Assembly (NCBI GenBank): GCA_964016885.1
Contig: OZ024755.1
Coordinates: forward strand, 8,928,001 to 8,992,000
Origin: Eledone cirrhosa
Taxonomy: Eukaryota
Length of the DNA: 64,000 nucleotides
Direction: 5' to 3'
Part shown: in pieces, positions 42,643 through 56,364 of the stretch
Numbering within the stretch: the first letter of the stretch is position 1
Layout: each line of letters begins with the position of its first letter
Notes under the pieces: generated by a model
What the model was told of the DNA's origin: nothing
What the model saw: only the letters and a program-made list of their open reading frames with translations
Databases searched by the model: none
Translations under genes and position numbers: made by a program

Positions 42643-43724
42643 CTGTTCATACTAATGTTAAGGTATTGTTGTAAAAAAAAATATCAAAATCTTGTAGATT
42701 CAATATTATGTGCGATGTGTGTCCTGCATGGCATTTCTAGAGGTTTTAGTTACACAAGGGAATTCATTACGGAAGGGAATTGGCTTTTTTTTTAGAAGGA
42801 CAAGCTATCAATCTGATTTGTTTCCTCTATATCGTTTAACTCTTTTGTTCCAATCTAAACTATAATAAAGGAAGGTCTGCGGGACTCCGTATGGTTTTTT
42901 CTTTATCCCATTAGTAAAATAAGTTGGATTACTTTGAATAAATAATTGTTTCTACTTTTGGCACAAGGCCAGCAATCACCCAGTTCATTACTGGTACTTT
43001 ATTTTATCGACCTCGTAAGGATGAAAGGCAAAGTTAACCTCGGTGGGATTTGAACTCAGATCATAAAGGGCCGTAACTCTTTGCTGCAAAGCATGGTGTC
43101 CGACCATCTACTGATACTGCCAATCTAAATAATGAATGAATATTACATAATTTATCTACTAAATTTCGTAAATAAAAATAATTTTGTAAAAATAAATAAT
43201 TTAAAATTGACTTCTTTTCAAAGTTGCACTTCCGGTATATCATTGCCACCACCACCACTTCGACTACCTTATATATAGAAAGAGAGAGTGTGTGATGTCA
43301 ACACTTCCGGTGGCGATCACTTAAATAAACATACTAATTTTTTGTCACTAATTTTCTAATAATCAGTTTATATATAATATTGTTTCTACTTTTGACACAA
43401 GGCCAGCAATTATCCCAGTGTATTACTGGTACTTTGTTTTATCGACCCCATAAGGATAAAAGGCAAAGTTAACCTTGTGGGATTTGAACTCAGACCGTAA
43501 AGGGGTGTAACTCTATGCTACAAAGCATGGCGTCCGACCCTCTACTGATACTGCCAATCCCTCACCAGTTTATATATAATATTGTCTTTTTTTAATGTAT
43601 CATGGATTACGTTACTGATTACATAAGACAGTGTAACAACGTCTTCGTTCAATTACGATTTTATTTGAGGTTTCATATCCACATGTATATATACTTGCAT
43701 ATAATATCAATATACACACTACAC

Positions 43725-43769
43725 ACGCTAGCAGAAAAACCACCCTTCGGGTGGTTTTTCTGCTAGTGT
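43725..43769. repeat. Perfect 18-bp-stem hairpin
   Basis: CTAGCAGAAAAACCACCC-TTC-GGGTGGTTTTTCTGCTAG. Confidence 0.9.
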
Positions 43770-45557
43770 TGCTAATGAAATACATTGCCTATAAGTTTCA
43801 GTTAATTTAGAAAATAATGAAAAAAAAAAAAATGAGAAATTTAATATCTAGCAAACATTTTCATTAATGAGCTGATATTTAGAACATTGCCTAACCAAAA
43901 TTTTTTTAAATAAGACTATGGTGGAAGGTTTTAATATACGTATATATATTTTAAAACAAATAGTTTTATATCATGAAACCAGGGTGGCTTCTAGCAGATT
44001 GGTAGCAAAAGGGTTAAAAATAAAGTGGTTCCCTTAAAACTAAATTCGTTAAAGGACCTTTAATCTATAGATACATACAAGGTTTCACATTTATAGTAGG
44101 AGTTAGAATGGGGCAGTATTTAATCCTGTCTTGACAGTATTTCTAATGAAATACATTTTATTTCAATTAATTAATGAATAATTTAACATTTTATTAAGAT
44201 CATTATTTCAATTACTAACATATTTACATAACATATGGTTCTTATATAAAATGACATTAAAAGGTTTTAATCTAAATAGGAACCCTTTAAAATGAGTGGT
44301 TGTTTGATATAACCAGAGAGTTTTGACTGGGTTGGTATCAAAGGAGTTAAGTTTGTGTTTTTTTTCCTTAGGCATTAGTAAACCGAATTCTTGCAGAACA
44401 GCTAGAACAAAGAATCAAAAGTAGGTTATGGATTAACCCAGCTTGGGAAATAAAGTTTTTATGTTTGGTGTAAACATTGAAGTACTCTGTTATGTCATAA
44501 GTACTGTATGATATGTCATAAGTACAATATGTTATATCATAAGTACTGTATGTTAGGTCATAAATACTGTATGTTATGGCATAAGTGTTGTATTGTGGAA
44601 AATTTACGGAGTTGTCATTTTTGTCATTACAGTTTTCATTCCAACTCTCAGGCTCTGAGTTTAATCCCTGCCGAGGTTAACATTGCCTTTCATCCTTTTG
44701 GGGGTCAATAAAGTACCAGTCTATGACTAAGGTCAATCCTTCCTTTCATATCTCTCTCACTCTCTCTCAGAAATAGACTGTGGTCTACCTGGAGAGGCAC
44801 GAGTGCTACCAGATATAAATTGTCCAACTAGGTTAGGATGTCGTCACAATGGCTCCTTTAGATTTAATAGGTTTAATATCAAGTATGTTATGTCACATTT
44901 TGTTGGATTTTGTCAACTGTTTTGATAATTTTCTTACAAGTTGGGTAACCTAGTGCCAAATTTATTTGGGTTGGCTGAATAACCCAGCATAGCATCTAGG
45001 ACTGAGTGCTTTTTAGCCCTATTTCTGGCATCTGTAACCTTTTGAAACACAGCTGTCACACTCAGAGCTATCTTAATTATTCTTAGAGTTTGTGAAGTTC
45101 AGCCATTACTTAGAGTGTGTGAGCCTGTGTGTCTCTGTGTATGAATGTATGTGTGAGCATGTGTGTGTATGTGTAATCCTGTATATTTGTGTATAAGTGA
45201 TTTTTTTTTTTTTTTGTGGTGGTGGGTGTATGTTAATGGTATATGGTGACTGTGGGGGTGATTCTTTGGTGAAATAATAGTTGTGTGTTTATTTATATAT
45301 GTGTCTTAATGTGTGTGTGTGTGTATGTTTGTATCAATGTGTGTGTATGTGTATGATAAAGTGTATGTGGTAGTAGTAGTAGTAGTGATGATGTAATAGT
45401 AATGTGTGAATGTAGTATATGCAATAATATGTTTCAACTGTGTGTGTGTTATATATGCTTACTTGTGTGTGAATGTGTCTGTGTGTTAAAGTATTAATAT
45501 CCTACTGTGAAGATGATGATGATGGTTTTTGATTAATAACAATAACAACAACAACAA

Positions 45558-45595
<38 letters not shown>

Positions 45596-46004
45596 ACAGC
45601 AACAATAACAGTAGCAGCAGTAATAGCTACAGTTGTAATAGTAATAATTGTTTCTACTTTTGGTACAAGGCCAGCAATTAACCAGTGCATTACTGGTACT
45701 TTATTTTATCGACCCCATAAGGATGAAAGGCAAAGTTAACCTCGGCAGGATTTGAACTCAGAATGGCAAGGGCCGTAGCTCTATGCGTCAAAGCATGGCA
45801 TCTGACCCTCTACCGATACTGCCAATCCACCGTGTTTGTATGTGGTTGAAGTGTGTGCTAGTGTTTAAACCAAGTCTGTAAATATCATGTGGAGGGATGT
45901 GGTCCAGTGGTAAGGGTGCTGGACTTACAATCATAATGTTGGGGGTTTGATTCCTGGATTGGGTTGCATGTTGTGTTCTTGAACAAAACACATGGTTGTC
46001 CCAG

Positions 46005-46780
46005 TGGTAATAGTGGTGGTGGTGATGGTAGAGAAGATAGTGGTGGTGGTAGAGAAGGTAGTGGTGGTGGTGATGGTAGAGAAGGTAGTGGTGGTGGTGG
46101 TGGTGGTGGTAGAGAAGGTAGTGGTGGTGGTGGTGGTGATGGTAGTGTTGTGTGTGAGGGTGATGGTGATGGTTGCATTGATGATGATGGGGGTGATAGT
46201 GGTAGTGTTGTGGTGATGGCAATGGTAGTGTTGTGGTGATGATGATGGTCATGATAGGGGTAGTGTTGTGGTGATGGTTATGATAATGGTGATGGTGATG
46301 GTAGTGTTGTGGTGATGATGATGGTCATGATAGGGGTAGTGTTGTGGTGATGGTGATGATAATGGTGATGGTGATGGTAGTGTTGTGGTGATGATGATGG
46401 TCATGATAGGGGTAGTGTTGTGGTGATGGTGATGGTGATGGTAGGGGTAGTGTTGTGATGGTAGTTGTAGTGTTGTGGTGATGGTGATGGTAGTTGTTGT
46501 GGTGATGGTGATGGTAGTTGTAGTGTTGTGGTGATGGTGATGGTAGTTGTAGTGCTGTGGTGATGGTGATGGTAGTTGTAGTGTTGTGGTGATGGTAGTT
46601 GTAGTGCTGTGGTGATGGTGATGGTGATGGTAGTTGTAGTGCTGTGGTGATGGTGATGGCAGTTGTAGTGTTGTGGTGATGGTGATGGTGCTGGCAATGG
46701 TAGTGGTGATGGCAATGGTTGTGGTGATGAGGATGGTCATGGTAGTGTTATGGTGGTGGTGGTGGTGATGGTAGTGTGTT
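46005..46780. repeat. (GGT/GAT/GTA)n trinucleotide-rich tract; related tracts at 41090-41630, 49412-49860 and 54075-54450
   Basis: Seen directly. Confidence 0.9.
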
Positions 46781-48220
46781 ATGGGGATGGTACAGTTGAT
46801 AGCCTCTTAATGTGATTATAGTAGGTATACTTGTGTGTGTGTGTGTGTGTGTGTGTGTACATATGTATGTGAGTATCTCAAACAGTGTACTTGTAGTAGT
46901 AATGCAGGCAGTGGTGTAGATGTGTGTATGTGTGGTAGTGTGAGTGTTAGTAGTATCTTGTGCTAATAGTGATGTGTGTGTGTGTTTAAATATATGTCAG
47001 CAATGTCGGTAGTGTGTGGGGAATAGTAAATTTCAAGTAAATGACATATGTGTATGTATGTAAGTATATATGTGTGTGTGTATGTAGTTATATGTGTGTA
47101 TGTGTATATGTGTGCATGTATGTATGTTTGTGTCTATATATGTGCATGCGTCTGTGTGTATGTGTATATGTGTGCATGTATGTATATGTTTGTGTGTCTA
47201 TATATGTGGATGTGTCAGTGTGTATATATATATATATATCATCATCATCATCACTGTTTTACGTCCGTTCTTCCACGCTAGCATGGGTTAGACGGGCTGT
47301 CCTGTTGTGAGCAGTTTCCAGTCGGCTGACCTTGTCTTGCTCATACAGGAACTGATTTTGGCTTGATTTCTACAGCTGGATGCCCTTCCTAACACCAACC
47401 TCATTTACAGTGAGTGCTGGGTGCTTTTTTTTCCGTGGCGCCTTTACAGTGTGGGCTGGGTGCTTTTTTGCCGTGGCACCTCCACAACCAGTTTGCAGTG
47501 GAATGATAGGGACCCCAGTCCTAACATTTCATTTCTACAGCTGAGTAAACTGGAGCAATGTGAAATAAAGTGTCTTGCTCAAGGAAACAACACATCACCC
47601 GCTCTGAGAATTGAACTCACAACATTTCGATTGCAAGCCCAATGCTCTAACCACTAAGCCATGTGCCTTCACATGGCTTAGTGGCTATATATATGTGTAT
47701 GTATGTATATCTATATATATGTGTGTGTTTGTGTATCGGTGTATGAGTGTGCATATATGCGTTATGTGTCTGTATGTATGTATATGTGTGAGTAGAAGAA
47801 AGAGATGAAAGAAGCCCATTTCTTTTTCTTTTTTTCATTTCTGTGACATTTTTAACAAAATATCCTTCTTAGCTTGTAGTTTTCTATTTAACCCCTTTGC
47901 TTCCATATTTTAATGAAAGTCACTCCCTATGATTTTTAAATAACTTGGCACATAATCAAAAATTTGCTGGCAGTTTATAAAAGTAATCATTTTTCCCGTT
48001 ATTACATTGGTATGTGAAACAACTTAACATAGGTTATTATATAAAATGATAGCAGAAGAGTTTTAGATAAATATGTATACTTTAAAATAAATGGTTTTGT
48101 TTTGCACAAACAAATGTGTACAGATGTGTGGATTTGAATAAAAAAAAAATAGAAATATTTTAATTCAAATCTTCACGTCTGATGAGCAGATCGATACTGG
48201 AGTCAGGTCTATCATATTGA

Positions 48221-48459
48221 TTAACCCTTTAGTTACCAACCCAGCCAAAACCAGCTCTGGTTCTTCGAAATAAAACCACCCATTTTAAAGGTTTCCAATT
48301 TAAATTGAAATCTTCCAACATAATTTTATATAAGAACCTTACATTCAGTTACTATCTTAGTAATAAAATGATTAATAATTTTTAGTAGATCCCTCAAGAC
48401 TCTTCATTAATTGATTAAAATGGTGTATTTCATTAGAAATGCAGTCATGAAAAGGTTAA
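48221..48459. mobile_element. Older TTAA-bounded MITE family B; many diverged copies (e.g. near 1690-1960, 13440-13715, 17670-17925, 18080-18304, 23910-24128, 43770-43997, 59570-59761)
   Basis: ttaacccttttgatacc.. / ..atgaaagggttaa ends, with a shared internal ggttctatgatacaaaac motif. Confidence 0.65.
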
Positions 48460-49037
48460 GACTTAGAACCAATAGCTGTGAAACGTGTCACATTTGATAA
48501 TGAGTAAAAATATTTAAAAGTAAAACTTTGTTCTCTCATACATTATATTTACATATATCAATTCTTTACTTTATGTATTGAGTTCTATTTTCTCAATTGT
48601 ACAATGAAACCACACTATCTCTCTCTATATATTTCCCTTTTTCTCCCTCTCTGTCTCTCTCCCTGTCTCTCCAATGGTGTTGTAATCAGGCAGCCATGTT
48701 GTTTTAAACTGTGCTGTTTCGTTCTCTTAATCTTGCTTTAGTTCACATTTACTGCTTTTTATTAACACAGTCAAGTTGACATGGTAGGTTGGCAAGACAT
48801 AACTTATAGTTTAAATCAGAATAAATTCTCAAGATTTCTATTTTCCTGTTTAACGCATTGCAGCATGGAAATCTGAGACTGCATACATAACACAGTAGCA
48901 ATGTGTTTGTTAACTGCAAGATCAAGCGTTAATTTCACTAATGCACATAGACCTGCACGTTAGGAAGCCTAGCATACATTCAGTGCAATTTACTTCATGT
49001 GTGTGATTTTTTTTGTCTTTTTTTTGTTTGTGTGCAC

Positions 49038-49144
49038 CAAACAACAAAAAATCTAAGGGAAAAACTTAAATGAACAGAACAGAAAAAAGAAAACAACAAA
49101 AAATCTAAGGGAAAAACTTAAATGAACAGAACAGAAAAAAGAAA
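49038..49144. repeat. ~52-bp perfect tandem duplication
   Basis: acaacaaaaaatctaagggaaaaacttaaatgaacagaacagaaaaaagaaa x2. Confidence 0.9.
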
Positions 49145-50003
49145 CCATATAGTTGACCATAATTGTATCAAATTCCGCAAACAGGAAAATAACAAAATAA
49201 ATCTTTGAAAATATTTAATTAAAGTGTTTTATTTTTACTTCATTCACACCAGCTAATAGCTAGAGGTTAATTACAGGTTAAGTTTGACGTAGAGTTATTA
49301 TTTTGTTTCACAATATTAAATCTTTCGAAGTGATTTTTATAGTTGCTTTGAGTAAATTGCATATTAACTGTTAGTTACCAAGCTATAGTAATTAAAATAC
49401 ATATTTTTCTTTATAGTAGTAGTAGTAGTGTTGGTGGTGGTAGTGCTGGTGGGTGAAGTATTAGTGGTAGTGCTGGTGGGTTTAGTAGTAGTAGTGCTGG
49501 TGGGTTTAGTAGTAGTAGTGCTGGTGGGTTTAGTAGTAGTAGTGCTGGTGGGTTTAGTAGTAGTAGTAGTAGTAGTGGTAGTGGTGGTGCTGGTGGGTGT
49601 AGTATTAATTGGAGTAGTAGTAGTAATAGTAGTGGTGGTGTTGGCCGTAGTAGTGCTGGTGGGTGTAGTATTAATAGGAGTACTAATAGTAGTGGCGGTA
49701 GTAGTGCTGATTGATGTATTAGTAGAAATGGTGGTAGTGGTTCTAGTACTAGTAGTAGTGCTAGTATTAGTAGTAGCGGTGGTAGTAGTAGTTCTGGTGG
49801 GTGTAGTATTATTAGTAGTGCTAATAGCAGTGGTAGTAGTAATAGTAGTAGTAGTAGTGGAGGGCCCATTTATTTGTGATTAATAGGTTTTCATTAAACA
49901 ATAATATTGAAACAAGCAACATCTGGTGTTGAGTTTCCCAGGACCTCAGTAAAATATCTAAAACAGTAGAATGCTTCAGTCATCATTTGGTTCCTTATAG
50001 ATG

Positions 50004-51120
50004 TATCTCACATGTTAGAAACAGCATATTGCACATATTGGACATGATATATCTTACATGTTGAACATGGTATATTTCACATGTTAGACACATATTGGAC
50101 ATGGTATATCTTACATATTGGACATGGTATATCTTACATGTTGAACACGGTATATTTCACATGTTAGACACATATTAGACCTGGTATATCTTACATATTG
50201 GACATGGTATATCTTACATATTGGACATGGTATATCTTACATGTTGAACACGGTATATTTCACATGTTGAACATGGTCTATTTCACATGTTAGACACATA
50301 TTAGACCTGGTATATCTTACATATTGGACATGGTATATCTTACATGTTGAACACGGTATATTTCACATGTTGAACATGGTCTATTTCACATGTTAGACAC
50401 ATATTAGACCTGGTATATCTTACATATTGGACATGGTATATCTTAGATGTTGAACACGGTATATCTCACATGTTGAACATGGTATATTTCACATGTTAGA
50501 CACATATTAGACTTGGTATATCTTACATGTTGAACATGGTATATCTCACATGTTGAACATGGTATATTTCACATGTTAGACACATATTGGACATGGTATA
50601 TCTTACATGTTGAACATGGTATATCTCACATGTTAGACATGGTATATTGTGGATATGGTGTATCTCACATGTTAGACACAGCATATTTCACATGTTGAAC
50701 ATGCTATATTTCATATGTTGAACATGGTATATCTCACATGTTGGGTATGGTATATCTCACATGTTGGGTATGGTATATCTCACATGTTAGACATGGTATA
50801 TCTCACATGTTGGGTATGGTGTACCTCACATGTTAGACATGGTATATCTCACATGTTGGGTATGGTATATCTCAAATGTTAGACATGGTATATCTCATGT
50901 TGGGTATGGTATATCTCACATGTTAGACATGGTATATCTCACATGTTAGACATGGTGTAGCTCACATGTTGGGTATGGTATATCTCACATGTTGGGTATA
51001 GTACATCTCACATGTTAGATATAGTACATCTCACATGTTGGGTATGGTATATCTCACATGATGGGTATGGTATATCTCACATGTTGTAGATGGCATATTT
51101 CACATGTTGGGCATGGTCTA
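50004..51120. repeat. 23-bp minisatellite array (~1.1 kb) with 103-bp higher-order repeats
   Basis: Unit atctcacatgttagacatggtat. Marker gacacatattagac at 50167, 50293, 50396 and 50499. Confidence 0.9.
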
Positions 51121-51612
51121 CCTTATATGTGGTGTGTCTCACAGAAAATAGTTTACCGGGGGTCATACCTTGCAGAAGAACTTTCAAGATACAAAACAAT
51201 GCTATGTCAAGTTCGAATGGGGAGAGGGCTTCTTACCTCAACGAGCTAAAGCATAAATTGGTGCTTGCTATCTTTCCTCCTGTTGCTGTAAAATATTTTG
51301 CATTAGAAACGGTATCCAGCCATAGAAACCAAGTCAGAAGCAAAATAGATGAGCAAGATGTGGTCACGTGACTGGTCTAGCCACAAAACATGACAATCAA
51401 TCTTAGCCATGCTAGCATGGAAAATGGATGTTCAGTGGTGGTGATGGTGATGATGATGATGATGATGATGATAGTGATGATTTAAGGTTTTTGCATATTT
51501 AAAACTTTCTCTGAAGTATTTTTTGCTGTTCTTGTAAATCTGAGATATGTTTTTTAATGCATCTTTGTTTTATGATGAACAGATGTGAATGTGTATGTGC
51601 ATATGTCTGAAC

Positions 51613-51646
<34 letters not shown>

Positions 51647-52111
51647 CATGTGTATATGCTGTGTGTGTGTGTATATGTGGTATGTATATATATATATATA
51701 TATATGTGTATATATAAATATGTATATATATATATATACACACACATATATATTCATATATATATACAGACACAAGTGAAACTGTGCTGAAGCAGACCCA
51801 TCCAACCCATGCAGGAATGGAAGAGCGCACATAAAATGGTGGTAATGATGATATATATGTGTGTGTGTGTGTGTGTGCGCATGTATATGTGTGTATGGTG
51901 TGTCTGTGTTGAAAAAAGATGAAAGCAAATCTGTAGGTAGGAAATATATGAGAGAGGGGCTGCAACAGTGAGAACAAAGAAGTGAAAAATCAAGTAATAA
52001 TGATTATGATGGTGATGATGATCATGTTGATGATGATGATGATAATAATAATAATGATGATAAAGACTTGATAAAGAACCCCCTCATCCACCATTCCCTC
52101 TCTCTCTCTCT

Positions 52112-52649
52112 CTCTCTCTCAGACCTTAGTGTCTAGAAAATTCTAAGATGATGATATGGGGAGAAATTAAGAGAATGTATTGAGATGATAAAGATGTTAA
52201 CAATTCTGTCGACAAGTTTACTGAGTGTACATAAAGTATATTTAGAAGTCATGCGGAAATTCTTGTTGTTACTATTGCTGGTTTTCTGGTGGTGGTGGTG
52301 ATGGTGGTAGTGTACATGGTGTTGGTGGTGGGGGGGGTTATTGTTGTTGTTGGTGGTGGTGTTGGTGTTGGTGGTGGTTGTGATTGTGGTGTGTTGGTGT
52401 GGTGGCGGTGGTGTACATGGTGTTGAGTTGTGGGGAGGTTGTGTTGGTGTTGGTGGTGATTGTGATTGTGGTGTGCTGGTGGCAGCAGTGGTGGTGGTGA
52501 TAGTGGTAGTGCAGAAATATTTTTTTAAACCAATGATGTACACAAAAATATTGTTTATCTTCAAATTATAAATGAGTAAAATATTCCATTTTTTTACTTT
52601 GTATCCTTTGTTAAATTAAATGTATTCCATTTATTTGTAATTAAGTATT

Positions 52650-52706
<57 letters not shown>

Positions 52707-53536
52707 ATATTAATAAATGGAAACTATATTTATAAAACCATAATTATTTTATTATATATATATATGGAGGCATATGGCTTAGTGGTTAGAGCATTGGCCT
52801 TGAAATCGAAAGGTTGAGTTCAATTCTTAGACCGGGTGATGTGTTGGACATCATCAGTTGCATGGAGAGGGGAGGCTGGTTTGCATTTGTGACCGAAGGG
52901 CGTCTTCAATATGTATATATATCATCATCATTTTACGTCCGCTTTTCTCTGCTTGCGAGGGTGGGACAGGTCCTATTCAGCACAGCATCTCTCCACTTGT
53001 CACGGTCCTTCGTGTCTCCTCCGTGAACTTCAGCGATCTGAGGTCTGCTCTCACCACCTCCGCCCATGTTTTCCGTGGTCTTCTTTTACTGCGTCTTCCT
53101 TCTACTGGGATTTCTTGTCACTTCTTTACCCAGCAGTTATGTGTGTGTATATATCATCATCATCATCATCATCTTCGTTTAACGTCCATTTTCCACGCTA
53201 GCATGGGATATATATATATATTTATGTGTATATATATTTATGTATATATATATATATATTTATGTATATATATATATATTTATGTATATATATATTTATG
53301 TATATATGTATTTATATATATTTATATATTTATATAAATATATATATATTTATGTATATATATATATTTATGTGTATATATATATTTATGTATATATATA
53401 TATATTTATGTATATATATATATATTTATGTATATATATATATATATTTATGTATATATATATTTATGTGTATATATTTATGTGTATATATATATATATA
53501 TTTATGTATATATATATATTTGTGTATATATATTTA

Positions 53537-53601
<65 letters not shown>

Positions 53602-54623
53602 CTTATACATACATATAACCTTATAAAACATTTACAATAACATATTGATCTGTAATACTTGGTGGTGGTTTCTAATTATACCATGGAATTTCCATATCAT
53701 ACATACTGGAGTTTATTTAATCGACTTTCTTCCTTGCTTTTAAATTGCTGGCCTTGTGCCAAAATTTGAAACAATTATTATATTACAACATTTCGTTATA
53801 CTCTAACAGCATTATCAAATTACATTGGCATCTTCTCGTTAAAATATCATTACTCTATAACAATGTAGTAAATTAATAACAGCACTATCATCTTACTGTT
53901 GTAATTTCAAATTAACCCTTTTGATACTAAACTGCCAGAAACCTTCCCAGGTTCTATGATACAAACCTCTTTTAAAGTATAGACATCTTAACACTTGTAC
54001 TTCAGCCATTTTGGTACCAGAGTAAGTAAGCTCAACAGTCCGCAATCTAACGTTGCAAGTCCATGTAACTCCAACAACACCACCACCACCATCGCTACTA
54101 CCACCACCACTACCGCCACTAATAACACCTCCTCCACTACCACCACCACCACTAATAGCACCACCTCCACCACCAATAACACCACTTCCACCACCAATAA
54201 CACCACCTCCACCACCACCAACAACAACACTACCACCACCACAAAACCAGCAACAACACCAACACCACCACTATCACCATCAAAACAAAACACCACCATG
54301 TACACCACTGCCAACACACCAACACACCACAATCACAACCACCACCAACACCATCACCACCAACAACAATAACAACACCCCCACCACCACTAACCCCAAC
54401 CTCACCACCACCAACACCATGTACACTACCACCATCACCACCACCACCAGAAAACCAGCAATAGTAACAACAAGAATTTCCGCATGACTTCTAAATATAC
54501 TTTATGTACACTCAGTAAACTTGTCGACAGAATTGTTAACATCTTTATCATCTCAACACATTCTCTTAATTTCTCCCCATATCATCATCTTAGAATTTTT
54601 TAGATGCTAAGGTCTGAGAGAGA
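52112..54623. repeat. Long-range inverted repeat; arms ~52112-52422 and ~54294-54623
   Basis: agaccttagtgtctagaaaattctaag...gtcgacaag... is the reverse complement of ...cttgtcgac...cttagaattttttagatgctaaggtct. Confidence 0.9.
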
Positions 54624-55323
54624 GGGGGGCGGGTTTCTTATATCTTTATTAATATTATTATTACAGTGAAACATCAAAATTGTTTACGGACTTACTTAAA
54701 AAAATTGTTGTAAATTTTGTTTGAAAATTAACTAGAAATTAATAGCATGGTAATTATTTTTTATCTTTCCCTTAACCATTTACCATTTACATTACTCTAT
54801 ATTTACTATTGTATTTTCAGGTTAAGGCTTTACCTCTCATTATATCTCACATAACATTTACATTACTCTATATACACTATTGTATTTTCACAGTAAAGGC
54901 TTTATCTCACATAATATCGAATCAATGAGATTTTGATATTATTTATTTTGAGAACAATACCTTAACATAGGTATAAGTGACCAGTTACAGCCAGTTTGAA
55001 CAGAAAGCAGTGAGAGAATTCTGGCCGGATATGGCTGGTTAAATGCTAAAGGGTTAAAGTTTAGATAACTTCAAAATCAGATTTGGTTCTGGCCAGGTTC
55101 TATTAAAAGGGTTAAAGCACCCAAGAAACCTTCTATGAGATGTAACCTTGTAAGAAGGCACCTAAATCTGCTTTAGTGTGAGCAGTAAATTTCATTTTCA
55201 TTTCAATGTGATAATACTACTTTAATGAGATAGGGCATCTATAATGTGATAATGCTGTCATAATTCATAAATACTGCTCTAGTTTTAAGATAATGTTTTA
55301 TTATATATTTTACTTTCTTCCAG

Positions 55324-55445
55324 CTTGTTGACCCTGGAGATGTGCAGGAACATGGAGAGGTGCGAGACTGTAACCGTATTACCTTAATATCTCTCCTGAA
55401 GGAACATGGTTTCAAAACTGTTGATCTAGGTATTGCTGAAGACAG
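55324..55445 (+). CDS. GPHN: GPHN exon (LVDPGDVQEHGEVRDCNRITLISLLKEHGFKTVDLGIAEDS)
   Basis: Acceptor ttcttccag, donor AG|gtaagg, 122 nt, phase 0 to 2. Resembles human GKIRDSNRSTLL...LGIVGD. Confidence 0.95.
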
Positions 55446-56364
55446 GTAAGGCAGTACAGATTTTGTAAGTAAAATCATGTTGAGAGAGTTTGAGATTATG
55501 ATCATATTAAAAACATTGTTTGATCATCATCATCATTATCATTTAACGTCCATTTTCCACACTAGCATGGGTTAGACAGCTTGTCCCATTAGAGGGAAGT
55601 TGGGTCAGGTGACCATGAGTTGCTCATATAGAATAGTTTCTGGCTTGGTTTTACAGCTGGATACACTTCCTAATGCCAGCCACATTTACAATTGCATAGT
55701 AAATATTTTTTCAGAAAAAAAAGGCATCCAGCCATAGAAAGTTTGCCAAACAAAGGGTTTGGAGGATCCTTCAGTTGTGTACTTGAGTCAATATGATCAA
55801 CAAAATCCCTTTAACCATTTCATAACCATCTTTCTAATGAGATACACTCTAGTTTGAGGGATTTACTAAAGTTATTAATTATTCAATTACTAAGTTATGG
55901 TCCTTTTATAAAAGCTATGCTGAAAGATTTTAATTTAAATATGGATCCATTAAAATGGCTGGCTTTCATATAACCAGTGCCAGCTTTTGCCAGGTTGATA
56001 GCAAAAGAATTAATGCAGCGCCTCAACATGGCCACAGTCTAATGACTGAAACCCATAAAAGAGTAAAAATGTACTTAAATAAATTCATGGTTATCCAAAC
56101 TTTAACAGGTTACACATGTTCATTAAATGACAGACATAGTTTATCTTGGAAAAGAAGGGAAAAAAAGCCAACTGTATTTTCTAATGATGAAAAATGTTGC
56201 TTTAAGTGCATTTCTAAAATGATGTTAATGAAATATCTGGTGACTAGTTTTTAGTATTGCTATTACAATATTTTCTTTTTACTGTAGGAGCAGACATGGC
56301 TGTGTGGTTAAAAAGTTCAGTTTGAAACCATATAGCTTCTGATTCTACCCCCACTGTTTCCCAT

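Noticed and set aside
43736-43759. Bacterial terminator / contamination
   Set aside because: Flanks are continuous with host SINEs and MITEs, and there is no bacterial ORF nearby.
48121-48230. 19-bp inverted repeat followed by CTGATGAG
   Set aside because: No GAAA or stem III downstream, so it is not a hammerhead.
41083-49883. His/Thr/Pro/Val/Gly-rich ORFs at 41083-41631, 45788-46740 and 49411-49883
   Set aside because: Trinucleotide-repeat tracts with no splice or homology support.
50004-51120. CRISPR-like or p53-site-like array
   Set aside because: No unique spacers and a eukaryotic context. CATG cores are 9 bp apart rather than the 10 bp of a p53 element.
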